From: a virus
Lineage: Duplodnaviria; Heunggongvirae; Uroviricota; Caudoviricetes
DNA length: 24,710 bases
IMG/VR virus record: IMGVR_UViG_3300044712_000823
Coordinates: 64,001-88,710 of that record
Direction: 5' to 3' (one strand)
Shown: positions 1 to 8,053 of the stretch, piece by piece
How the letters are laid out: each line of letters begins with the position of its first letter
Numbering within the stretch: position 1 is the stretch's first letter
The notes under the pieces: model-generated
What the model saw: the letters and a program-made list of their open reading frames with translations, nothing else
Told to the model about the DNA's origin: nothing
Database searches by the model: none
Translations under genes and position numbers: made by a program

Positions 1-231
1 TGGACCATTTATTCCATCTTTGGGTGGACCCAATCTAGGATCTCTCTGTCCTTTGAAAACGTGTTCGGGACAAGTCCTAGTCACATCGCATTGTGGGAAT
101 TTGCAAATGTCTTTATCCCAATTTGCTGGGTCTTGGCACGGGTATCTAAACTTATCACCACCACACATTGCTAAGCCTATGGGTAGAGCAATCAGAACAA
201 TTACGAATTTTAGTAGTTTTAGATCATGCAT
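1..231 (-). CDS. Small membrane-anchored Cys-rich protein of the lysis cassette, truncated at the left edge
   Basis: Not in the ORF track. Hand translation from ATG at 231: MHDLKLLKFVIVLIALPIGLAMCGGDKFRYPCQDPANWDKDICKFPQCDVTRTCPEHVFKGQRDPRLGPPKDGINGP, open to position 1. Hydrophobic N-terminus, 5 Cys, starts 2 nt after the endolysin stop. Confidence 0.8.
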   Translation of the reverse strand, partial: MHDLKLLKFVIVLIALPIGLAMCGGDKFRYPCQDPANWDKDICKFPQCDVTRTCPEHVFKGQRDPRLGPPKDGINGP

Positions 232-232
232 T

Positions 233-859
233 TCATGCTCCTAGTATATGTAGGGCATGTTCATAATGTTTTATGCGATCATCTAAGCCAATAGTACCAC
301 CATTGATCTTCTTTGTCAGTGTAACAATATCTCCTTTGTCTGCCCACTGATTAAGATTATTTGATTCCCAGAACCAACATGCTGATTGTGATGCACCTTC
401 GAAGGTTTGCATGTATTCTGCGGCTTCTTCTGGTGTAATTTCCAATGATGCAGCGAACCAGGTATAGTTTTGTTTACCTGTAACTTGTATTAGTCCTCTG
501 CCGCGATATCTGTAACCGTCACCGGATGCTTCATCACCGTTTCCCATTCTGTTAGCATAAACGCGATTAGCTATGGCTTCAGCTTTGTTTGGCTTTGAGC
601 AATATTGATTTGCCAACTCATCTGTCGGGAAGTATTTCGGGAATATCTTACGCAACGTGGCAGGTTTGTAATTTAAATTTTCAGAAAGAAAAATAAATTC
701 ACCAGATTCATGGGCACATTGAGCCATGAAAGCTGCGATTCTTTGTGGGGTATTGATTTCATAATCTGTCAATAAAATGCTCAGAGCATGATGCCATTGA
801 TCGATATATGGATTTTTCGGTAGAAGCTGTTTTAATTGTTGTTTTGTCAGTTCCGTCAT
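233..859 (-). CDS. Glycoside hydrolase family 19 (chitinase-like) endolysin
   Basis: Motifs AAFMAQCAHESG, YRGRGLIQVTGKQNY and TKKINGGTIGLDDR. Start moved to ATG 859 (MTELTKQQL), which overlaps the upstream stop as ATGA. Confidence 0.93.
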   Translation of the reverse strand: MTELTKQQLKQLLPKNPYIDQWHHALSILLTDYEINTPQRIAAFMAQCAHESGEFIFLSENLNYKPATLRKIFPKYFPTDELANQYCSKPNKAEAIANRVYANRMGNGDEASGDGYRYRGRGLIQVTGKQNYTWFAASLEITPEEAAEYMQTFEGASQSACWFWESNNLNQWADKGDIVTLTKKINGGTIGLDDRIKHYEHALHILGA

Positions 860-1119
860 TTCACACTTTCGAATATACGTTTTTGTTTCTGATACCATTC
901 ATTCCAAGCATCATTTTTCAAAGCACATTCGTAGTATGTAGAATAATTTTTATTAATAATATATGCAATATCACTTAATTTTGCATTATCATTTAATTTA
1001 TCCAAATCTGGGCATCGTTCAGTGTATTTAGGTGGTTCTGGAAATTTAACTGTAATGGGAACAGTTGTGCATCCAGAAAGTAAAACCATAGATAGTAAAA
1101 ACAGAAATTTATTTTTCAT
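856..1119 (-). CDS. Outer-membrane lipoprotein, o-spanin (Rz1-like)
   Basis: Signal peptide with lipobox LLSGC, Pro-rich segment PITVKFPEPP, further Cys residues; lies between the i-spanin candidate and the endolysin. Confidence 0.8.
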   Translation of the reverse strand: MKNKFLFLLSMVLLSGCTTVPITVKFPEPPKYTERCPDLDKLNDNAKLSDIAYIINKNYSTYYECALKNDAWNEWYQKQKRIFESVK

Positions 1120-1543
1120 GTTTAGTCGCCTGATTATGTGCGTCTACAAATTCTTTTGGAACTACACATTGATTATCATATTTGACAACTTCACGATCAA
1201 TATATTCTTTAACTACAATTTGTTTTTCTACTATCTTAGCTTTCTCTTTTACAATTTTTGTTTCTATTTGTGTATTAACAACCTGTGCAGCTTCTTGCGC
1301 CTTTACAACTTTTTCTTCCAATTCTCTTACTTTTTCTAACCAAGAATTGTTGTTCCAGTTTGCACCACAAATAAAAACACCAATCGAAATTACAAGTATA
1401 GATGTAATTTGAATTGGTGTCTTATAGAGATAAATTGATGGTATTGGGATGTAACGAATTAGATATGTGGCTAAGAGTCCCAATAGACCCATGATTGGAA
1501 TAAGATAAATGAACCAATCAGGGACCAATCTCAAAAGCCACAT
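1109..1543 (-). CDS. Inner-membrane i-spanin (Rz-like)
   Basis: Hydrophobic N-terminal helices, predicted coiled coil (LEKVRELEEKVVKAQE), C-terminal Cys (QCVVPKEFV); overlaps the lipoprotein gene. Confidence 0.78.
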   Translation of the reverse strand: MWLLRLVPDWFIYLIPIMGLLGLLATYLIRYIPIPSIYLYKTPIQITSILVISIGVFICGANWNNNSWLEKVRELEEKVVKAQEAAQVVNTQIETKIVKEKAKIVEKQIVVKEYIDREVVKYDNQCVVPKEFVDAHNQATKHEK

Positions 1544-1550
1544 ATTAAAC

Positions 1551-1742
1551 TCACATTTTAGGTGAAACTCTGTGTGACATTGGTTGCACTACAACATTGC
1601 GTTTACGTTTTGGGTAAACACCAGGTTCACCACCTTTACCACCAGTGCCTGCAATTCCACCTGTGCTTACGGCATTAGATGGTCCAGGAACTGCGGCTCC
1701 TCCACCCATACCATCTTCTCTCAATTGTTTGAATGTTTTCAT
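1551..1742 (-). CDS. Small Gly-rich/basic protein with capsid-targeting-like N-terminus
   Basis: Start moved to ATG 1742 (ATGA overlap). Begins MKTFKQLRE, close to T4 IPI MKTFKEF and IPII/III MKTYQEFIAE. Confidence 0.75.
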   Translation of the reverse strand: MKTFKQLREDGMGGGAAVPGPSNAVSTGGIAGTGGKGGEPGVYPKRKRNVVVQPMSHRVSPKM

Positions 1743-2125
1743 ATCTGTTCCAGTATACATGCCACATTCGAATCAATAGGTATTTCGGAAGAATTTATAT
1801 CTTTTCCTTTTATACCTTTAACCTTCTCTGGCATATAGTTGAGGTAAATCAAAAATGTTTTCAGAACATCGTAGTCCTGTTCGTCAATTTTGAAGAATAA
1901 AATTCTCGTAGCATGTTCTACACCAAAGACATTATAGACTAATATAAGATGATTTAAAATTAATCTCTCTTTAAGAGATTTGGTGACCTTATATCTACGA
2001 AACAATCTTTTTAAATATTTCGTTCTTTTAAGGTCACCCTCAAATTCTGACATTATGCAATGAGGTGAAGTATAAGCCTTTACTGCATACATCAAAAAAT
2101 TTTCATCAGTCAAATCATCAAACAT
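1739..2125 (-). CDS. Conserved hypothetical protein of T4-like marine/freshwater phages
   Basis: Operon-packed ORF; motif KYLKRLFRRY...ERLILNHLILVYNVFG recalled from cyanophage-type hypotheticals. Confidence 0.8.
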   Translation of the reverse strand: MFDDLTDENFLMYAVKAYTSPHCIMSEFEGDLKRTKYLKRLFRRYKVTKSLKERLILNHLILVYNVFGVEHATRILFFKIDEQDYDVLKTFLIYLNYMPEKVKGIKGKDINSSEIPIDSNVACILEQI

Positions 2126-2130
2126 TATTT

Positions 2131-2607
2131 TTATTTCGGTTGTCTAGGATCTAGATCGCCTCTTTCAATTTTATTTTCAGCAGATTCGCCGCCTGGCATT
2201 TCACCATCGTCAGTGATTAAGCCTGTGCAATGATAGAAACCGTGTTCATCAATTTTGTATGTGAAATTGAAGTACAATTCTCTTTCATCGTCCGCGCCCG
2301 GAGAAGTAATTTTTCCGTCTAGTGTTGCACCAAAGATGCCACCAAATGGACGCAAAACAAATATCTCTGATCCATTTTTTAAATCAGGAAAAATTGCTCT
2401 AGGTAATTCTAATCCATAGTTGCGTAAAACTTTAGCAGCTTTTACCCATCCAGCATAAGGATTCACAAAATCTTGGGCCAAAACAGCAGCAAGATTCCTG
2501 TTGGCTTCAAGACGGGTTTCCGGCTTTGCCAGATCCGCCTTAGTGAAGTCAACAGAAACTACTGTTGCAGGACCACCTTCGGTTAGATAGTCTTTAAATT
2601 TCAACAT
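2131..2607 (-). CDS. Hypothetical protein with capsid-targeting-like N-terminus
   Basis: Begins MLKFKDYLTE; packed 7 nt and 5 nt from its neighbours. Confidence 0.75.
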   Translation of the reverse strand: MLKFKDYLTEGGPATVVSVDFTKADLAKPETRLEANRNLAAVLAQDFVNPYAGWVKAAKVLRNYGLELPRAIFPDLKNGSEIFVLRPFGGIFGATLDGKITSPGADDERELYFNFTYKIDEHGFYHCTGLITDDGEMPGGESAENKIERGDLDPRQPK

Positions 2608-2614
2608 GATTCAA

Positions 2615-3295
2615 TTAAGTAATAGTGATTGTGTTGTTTTGTGATGTTGCGGTAACGCCTTGATCTGCGGCGGTCACAATGACACGGTATCTGTTTGTTG
2701 TGTTTGCAGTTGTGGCTGGCTTCACATACAGAGTAGAAGTTGTGGCACCAGCGAACTGAATGTTTGCAGTGTTTGCTGGAATGTTTGCCCAACCATATGA
2801 ACCGGTCGAATTGTTGTATTGCCACTGATATGTCAATGTTGCAGCAGTATTTCCAACCAATGTAGGTGTTACAGTAAATGTTGCTACGTTTGCGAAAGAA
2901 GCATTCGAAACAACTGATGTGTCGCCAGAAGTGACCAACGTAATAGTTACGTTAGGATATTGTTGACCATCACCATCTGGACCATTAATAGTATTTAAAG
3001 CCACTAAAACTTCATGCGTAACGCGACCTGCACGACCACCTGAGCCTGTCGTTCTCAATACCCAACCGGCGTGAGGTGCATGTGTGGCCAAAGCTTCTTG
3101 TGCATCGACACCAAAAAGACCAATTGTGGCACCTTGTGTGTATACATTGGCGGATGTATTTCCGTACAACAATGCAACGTTAGCTGCTGTCGGCGCGGCA
3201 ACGTTAGCTTCTGTTTGTACATTGTTCATAATCGTTGAATTCACAGCCCAGTATGGTGCGTTGGCTGCGTTATCGAATTTACCCCATGAGGACAT
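2615..3295 (-). CDS. Virion structural protein with C-terminal Ig-like domain (head decoration or fibre-like)
   Basis: Thr/Ala/Asn-rich. C-terminal TLTYQWQ...GATTSTLYV...YRVIVT pattern typical of phage Ig-like domains. SD AAGGAG at 3304-3309 and a late-promoter-like site upstream. Confidence 0.72.
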   Translation of the reverse strand: MSSWGKFDNAANAPYWAVNSTIMNNVQTEANVAAPTAANVALLYGNTSANVYTQGATIGLFGVDAQEALATHAPHAGWVLRTTGSGGRAGRVTHEVLVALNTINGPDGDGQQYPNVTITLVTSGDTSVVSNASFANVATFTVTPTLVGNTAATLTYQWQYNNSTGSYGWANIPANTANIQFAGATTSTLYVKPATTANTTNRYRVIVTAADQGVTATSQNNTITIT

Positions 3296-3319
3296 TTTTG
3301 TTTCTCCTTAGAAAGAATC

Positions 3320-3334
3320 TATTTACTATTTATT
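3320..3334 (-). promoter_or_regulatory. T4-type late promoter-like site (AATAAATA followed by GTAAATA)
   Basis: 7/8 match to TATAAATA at 3327-3334, overlapping the upstream stop codon, about 30 nt before a structural gene. Confidence 0.6.
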
Positions 3335-4763
3335 AATTGCTAGGTTTAGCACTATTTGGACGAGTTTTCAACATAGGCTCAATTTCCACAGTATCACGGG
3401 GTTGTCCTGTCATAGTGGTTCCACCTTTAACAACAATTTTTGCATTAGGCTTGTCGTCCTTTTCCCAATCATACGTTGTCTCTTTAATTTTATTTTTATA
3501 AAGAGATTTAATCATACGTGCCGATTTCATCTGTTTATTGCGATGCGCCGATTCCATTGCTTTCACGGAATTTGTTGCAGAAAGAGGCGAATCTTCTATT
3601 CCGCCGATGCCCTCTTGAACATTTTCTGGCACACAATTTGGAACAGTTCTGGAACCCTTTTTCTTTGTTCCTACCATTTGGTAGCCTTTCCAGCAAGGAT
3701 CAGCACCCTTCATTTTCTTTTCTTCGCGTGTGATATGGTCATCAATTTCCATGTTGTCTGGCATTTTTTTCAACTCAGACATAACACGCGCCTTGGATTC
3801 TGCACTTGAAGCCCCTAAATGTCTTTTAGTTGACTTTCTGTATTTCTGTAGTGCAGTGTTGAGTGATTTGGATGAACTACGTTTCGAAGCAGCATCACCT
3901 TGTTTACTCAACTTTTCGGCATCCGCTCTAGCTTTTGTTGCGTAACTAGTTAGAGTTGCTTTTTTCAATTCATCAATCTGTTCAAATTCTTCAGAAATCT
4001 TTACGATAGCATCATATTGCGCCATCGACAAAGTTCCATCTTTACGCATATTGATTAGATTCTCTACAACTTTGTGTAAGTCCATATCAGTCTTTGCATC
4101 TTCACGCGCATATTCAAGAACACGAATAAGTAAAGGAATATCCATTGTCACGGTGTCTTTTTCATCCAGTTCTTCTTTGAGCTTTTTGGCTTTCTTTTTC
4201 ACTGGTTCACTACTACCCGTTTCTTCATTCCAATCGTCGCCACGTTCACCCATTCCAGAAGTTTCTTCTAAAGGATCAACTTCTTCTTGTTTGACGGTAC
4301 CGTGTTTTTGTTTGAAGATTTTGAATTCACTTGAACGTGCATAAGCATGTTTTTGATTTCCATCCATTGTCAAAGGATTCAGACCCTTTGCTTTGATGTA
4401 AGTCATCAACAAACCGGTTCCAGCCTCATCCAAACTCTCAACTTCTTCTGTCGTTGGTGACTGAACTTTTACTACTCCTCTTTCCATATGCGCTTGTTTG
4501 TAATGCTTAAATGCATTCGAACGTGCATACTTGGAACGTTGTGCAAAAGACATAATCTTTGGATTGTAACCAAGAGATTTGATATATGAGAACAGCCAAG
4601 AGTCTTCTTCCAGTGTTTCAACTTCTTCGTTTTTCACTGGAGAATTATACTTAGCCGACCATGGTTCCATTGGATCATCGAATGGTGAATCACCAAGTTT
4701 GCCCATTACGGACTCCTTCTTGGTCTTCACCAACAATTTGACTAGTTTACCGGCGTTGCTCAT
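3333..4763 (-). CDS. Modular charged protein, putative internal-head polyprotein
   Basis: SD GAGGA. Basic modules separated by acidic E-x-x-[LIV]-[DE]-E linkers; two ~45 aa internal repeats; DPCWKGY...VPNCVP module. Confidence 0.75.
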   Translation of the reverse strand: MSNAGKLVKLLVKTKKESVMGKLGDSPFDDPMEPWSAKYNSPVKNEEVETLEEDSWLFSYIKSLGYNPKIMSFAQRSKYARSNAFKHYKQAHMERGVVKVQSPTTEEVESLDEAGTGLLMTYIKAKGLNPLTMDGNQKHAYARSSEFKIFKQKHGTVKQEEVDPLEETSGMGERGDDWNEETGSSEPVKKKAKKLKEELDEKDTVTMDIPLLIRVLEYAREDAKTDMDLHKVVENLINMRKDGTLSMAQYDAIVKISEEFEQIDELKKATLTSYATKARADAEKLSKQGDAASKRSSSKSLNTALQKYRKSTKRHLGASSAESKARVMSELKKMPDNMEIDDHITREEKKMKGADPCWKGYQMVGTKKKGSRTVPNCVPENVQEGIGGIEDSPLSATNSVKAMESAHRNKQMKSARMIKSLYKNKIKETTYDWEKDDKPNAKIVVKGGTTMTGQPRDTVEIEPMLKTRPNSAKPSN

Positions 4764-4765
4764 GC

Positions 4766-5704
4766 TTATTCCTCTTTAGCAGCCTTTGTAGCTGTAGCAT
4801 ACATTACTGATTTTGCTCTATCGCCATAACGTGCTTTGAAACCTGCTGTATCTTTTTTCATACCTTTAACGATGCGTTCTTTTTCAGCAGTTTCGCCGGC
4901 AGACAATGCTCGTTCTTCAAGTTGCTCAACACCTTCGGATGTAAGTTTTGCGCCAACATTTCTTTCATGTGCGCCTTGTAGTGCATCCATGTCTTTCTTA
5001 GCTTTTTCTTTTGTTTCAGCAGGCTTTTTAGCCATCTTTTCCATCTTTTTACCGATATAAGACTTGACAGTAGATTTCTTCAGTTCATCAAGTCGCTCGA
5101 TTGCAGACATTGTATCCTCTACAATCTGATCGATCAACAGTGGTTCATAATCCGTTTCTTCTTTACGTAGTTTAGCAAGAACTGCGCCGGCAACCTTTTT
5201 ACCAGTTTCAGTTGAACCGTAACGTGCTGCTGCACCTTTAGCGATTTTCTTGAACATTTTGCCTGGCTTACCAATATCTTTACCGGCAGCGGCAGCTTTA
5301 GCGGAATAAGAAGCTTCGTCTACTTGTTCAATATCTTCTTTAACTTTTTTCTTCTTGTCATCAGCGTCATCATGTTCTGGTTTTTCTTTTTGTTTAGAAC
5401 CACCATAACGTGAGCCTTGTTTGATACCAGAGCCGCCCGATGGTTGTGGACCAGAACGCTCCCTAGAGGCTCTTAACATGTCCTCCCAGCCTTCTTCAAC
5501 TTTCTCCGAATCTTCTTTTACGGCTTTCTTTTCACCGCGAAGCATTTTAAAGTCTTGTGCATCAAGTTTGTTGTTCTTGTTTTTATCAAGAACTTTTTGG
5601 TTGCCTTTTAGTTCTTCCATTTTAGCTTGAGTTTTAGCCTCAAGCATAGGCTTAACTAAGTCAGCGATAGGATCTTTTTGTGTGAATACGTTTTTGTTGA
5701 ACAT
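4766..5704 (-). CDS. Modular Lys/Glu-rich protein, putative internal-head polyprotein with EF-hand-like loop
   Basis: SD AAGGGG. Linkers EQVDE, ERLDE, EQLEE; loop DKNKNNKLDAQDF. Confidence 0.75.
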   Translation of the reverse strand: MFNKNVFTQKDPIADLVKPMLEAKTQAKMEELKGNQKVLDKNKNNKLDAQDFKMLRGEKKAVKEDSEKVEEGWEDMLRASRERSGPQPSGGSGIKQGSRYGGSKQKEKPEHDDADDKKKKVKEDIEQVDEASYSAKAAAAGKDIGKPGKMFKKIAKGAAARYGSTETGKKVAGAVLAKLRKEETDYEPLLIDQIVEDTMSAIERLDELKKSTVKSYIGKKMEKMAKKPAETKEKAKKDMDALQGAHERNVGAKLTSEGVEQLEERALSAGETAEKERIVKGMKKDTAGFKARYGDRAKSVMYATATKAAKEE

Positions 5705-5717
5705 TTTTTACCCCTTA

Positions 5718-6002
5718 TTAGCAATTCCAACGTCTTAGAGCTTTATTGATTGGTGAATCAGGATCACGTGCGTTTTTGGTCGACGTTAATCTCTTTTTCA
5801 TACCAGACATTCTTGAGCAAAAACTTTTACGTCTTGATGCTCGTTTACCTTTTGGATTCTTTTCGGTTACAGCAGTTTGCAGTTTTGAACCTGGATTCTC
5901 ACGGCGATAAGCATTGACAGCCTTTTGACTCAGACCATCTGTCTTGTCTTTTCTATTTACATCCTGCCAATCTTCTCCCAAAAATTCTTTAAAAGATTTC
6001 AT
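5718..6002 (-). CDS. Small, highly basic two-Cys protein (recalled as DUF6321-like) with capsid-targeting-like N-terminus
   Basis: Begins MKSFKEFLGE; motif RRKSFCSRM...DPDSPINKALRRWNC; ATGA overlap with the upstream gene. Confidence 0.8.
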   Translation of the reverse strand: MKSFKEFLGEDWQDVNRKDKTDGLSQKAVNAYRRENPGSKLQTAVTEKNPKGKRASRRKSFCSRMSGMKKRLTSTKNARDPDSPINKALRRWNC

Positions 6003-8053
6003 TTCTTTTTCTTCTTGTTTGAAACCATATTTACGGTTTTATCTAACATCGATTCGGGTGGCTCTTTGTTGGAAGGGCCATGATATCCACCAGTAACACC
6101 CATATCTACGCTGGGTGAATCAATTGACTCTTTTCTGAATTTAGAAAATGATTTGCGCGTTACCTCTGTGGTACTACCGTATTTATTCTCTGTCTGTTCT
6201 CTATATGTAACATTTCCAAGTCCAGACATTGGATACACTGTACCTGAACCGCGAGTATCATACTCGGGTGAAACACCAGCCGGCTTAATTACTTTACCTG
6301 CTTCGGCTGGGCTGGTTTTTTGCTTTTTGGCTTTGATTTTGTCGTTGTCTTGCTGGAACCTGGTTTCTTTTGGCTCTGGTTTGACTTCAATGCTGGGGCT
6401 TGTTTCTTCGTGGTACGTGCGGAAGGTGTACTTTGTGTTTGAGGCAATGTCTCCGTCGGTAACTGAATCTGCTCTTCCTGCTTTGGCTGTGAGTTGGCAG
6501 GCTGGACAGATGTTGTCAACGAGTTTGAATCGCTTGTAAGTGCCGCTCTTTTTGTCGGTCCGTCCAGTGGGTGCGGTTTTGTCTCCACAGGAGCAGTCTG
6601 CTCCTTCGGCATGAATAGTCTGGCTAGCGTCTTGAACATCATCTTTCTCCTCGAATCTTAAACGATTTCTTAATGTTTCTATTGATTTTTGAATATCAGC
6701 ATTTTGTTGCTGTTTCTTCTTGCGTAAATTTTGAATTTCTCTTTGCACCATACCTTCACGGTTTCTTTTACCGTATGCAGTCATTGGTGTATTCTGTGTA
6801 CGATTGACAACTTGTTCAAATAATCTATCGACAATCATACCTTTATTGTTCTTAAACATCCATTTATCAACAATTTCATTTTGAATCGGAATATCAAAGA
6901 ACCAATTTGACATTTCGTGTATGATTGCAATATCTTCTTCTTTTTGTGCAATCTCAAAATCATTAGCTTCTTTTAAATCCAATGAATTGTCGAATTCCAA
7001 ATATTTGTTGAATCGTGAATTGAAATCTTCTGTTATTTTTTGAGCAATTTCCCAACGCTCTTGTCTAACAGATTCTGCCATCATCTTTTCACGACCTTCA
7101 TTTCTCTTTTTCGAAGAATCGTTTGTAGTGTTGACGAAGATCATCATTGTTTCATAGCCAAGTTCTTCCAACTCGTTTTTAATTTCAACAATGTTAAATT
7201 GCTCATTCGTCGTTCCATTAATAATCAATGGCTTTCTATTACGAATAGCTTCTCGTCTGAAGTCTTTAGATTGCTCATGCAATTTATGTTTATCATTCAG
7301 AATATTGATTGCAAGAGTCGGGTTCATTTCTGTGGCAGTTTTTTCCGACACAGCTTCACGAATAATAATGTCTTTACCTGAACCAGGTCCACCGCAAATG
7401 AATAATGCTTTGAATAAGCCATGGTTTACATCTTCATGTATACCCATACCTTTTCGCACATCTCTAAAAAGCTCTCTTGCGTGTTTTTCAGGAAGGTGTT
7501 CAGGAACACCTTTTTTGAAGCTATGAAAATCATTATTTGTTGCATGTTCACGCATTTTTGAAGCCGACATACCCTCAACGCCTTCGGAATCCGGATCTCT
7601 CTGACCAGCAGATTTTAGTTCGATTTTCTTGAAGTTGAAAAGAGCTTTTGGATTTTTATCTTTAGTCCCATTATAATCGTGCAACTTTTTTTCATACTCA
7701 GGAATTCGATCTGATCCTGCAACCATAACCAAGTGGTCGTGTCCAGCCGCATTTAGCCTAGCTGCATGTTGCAAAAATGTCGGCATCTCTTTGCTAGACA
7801 CTTCTATGTTAGTATTCGGGAAAAAACGTTTAGCGTGTTTTAGCTTAGTCTTGGCATCGAGTGGATTTTTATTCGCGTCAACAGAATGTGAAATTATAAC
7901 ATGATGTGGAGCCTTGTAATCTCTTGCAATTTCTTTGACTCTATTTACAAGTTTTTCGTGTCCAACTGTCGGCGGATTCATTCGCCCAAAGGCCATCACC
8001 ACTGGGTTTTTGGTCTGCTGATCTTCTTGAACTTTTTGGAGAAATTTTTTCAT
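5999..8053 (-). CDS. HIGH-superfamily (cytidylyltransferase-like) nucleotidyltransferase fused to a P-loop kinase-like domain and a charged tail
   Basis: FGRMNPPTVGH (HIGH equivalent), VAGSDR and MSASKMR (KMSKS equivalent); then KALFICGGPGSGKD (Walker A) near 7372-7395; begins MKKFLQKVQE. Confidence 0.85.
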   Translation of the reverse strand: MKKFLQKVQEDQQTKNPVVMAFGRMNPPTVGHEKLVNRVKEIARDYKAPHHVIISHSVDANKNPLDAKTKLKHAKRFFPNTNIEVSSKEMPTFLQHAARLNAAGHDHLVMVAGSDRIPEYEKKLHDYNGTKDKNPKALFNFKKIELKSAGQRDPDSEGVEGMSASKMREHATNNDFHSFKKGVPEHLPEKHARELFRDVRKGMGIHEDVNHGLFKALFICGGPGSGKDIIIREAVSEKTATEMNPTLAINILNDKHKLHEQSKDFRREAIRNRKPLIINGTTNEQFNIVEIKNELEELGYETMMIFVNTTNDSSKKRNEGREKMMAESVRQERWEIAQKITEDFNSRFNKYLEFDNSLDLKEANDFEIAQKEEDIAIIHEMSNWFFDIPIQNEIVDKWMFKNNKGMIVDRLFEQVVNRTQNTPMTAYGKRNREGMVQREIQNLRKKKQQQNADIQKSIETLRNRLRFEEKDDVQDASQTIHAEGADCSCGDKTAPTGRTDKKSGTYKRFKLVDNICPACQLTAKAGRADSVTDGDIASNTKYTFRTYHEETSPSIEVKPEPKETRFQQDNDKIKAKKQKTSPAEAGKVIKPAGVSPEYDTRGSGTVYPMSGLGNVTYREQTENKYGSTTEVTRKSFSKFRKESIDSPSVDMGVTGGYHGPSNKEPPESMLDKTVNMVSNKKKKK
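6289..6639 (-). CDS. Nested out-of-frame Pro/Lys/Gln-rich protein inside the 684-aa gene
   Basis: SD GAGGAG at 6647-6652, 7 nt before ATG 6639. Amphipathic start MFKTLARLF, then HPLDG and a Lys-rich tail; frame differs from the host ORF. Confidence 0.6.
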   Translation of the reverse strand: MFKTLARLFMPKEQTAPVETKPHPLDGPTKRAALTSDSNSLTTSVQPANSQPKQEEQIQLPTETLPQTQSTPSARTTKKQAPALKSNQSQKKPGSSKTTTKSKPKSKKPAQPKQVK

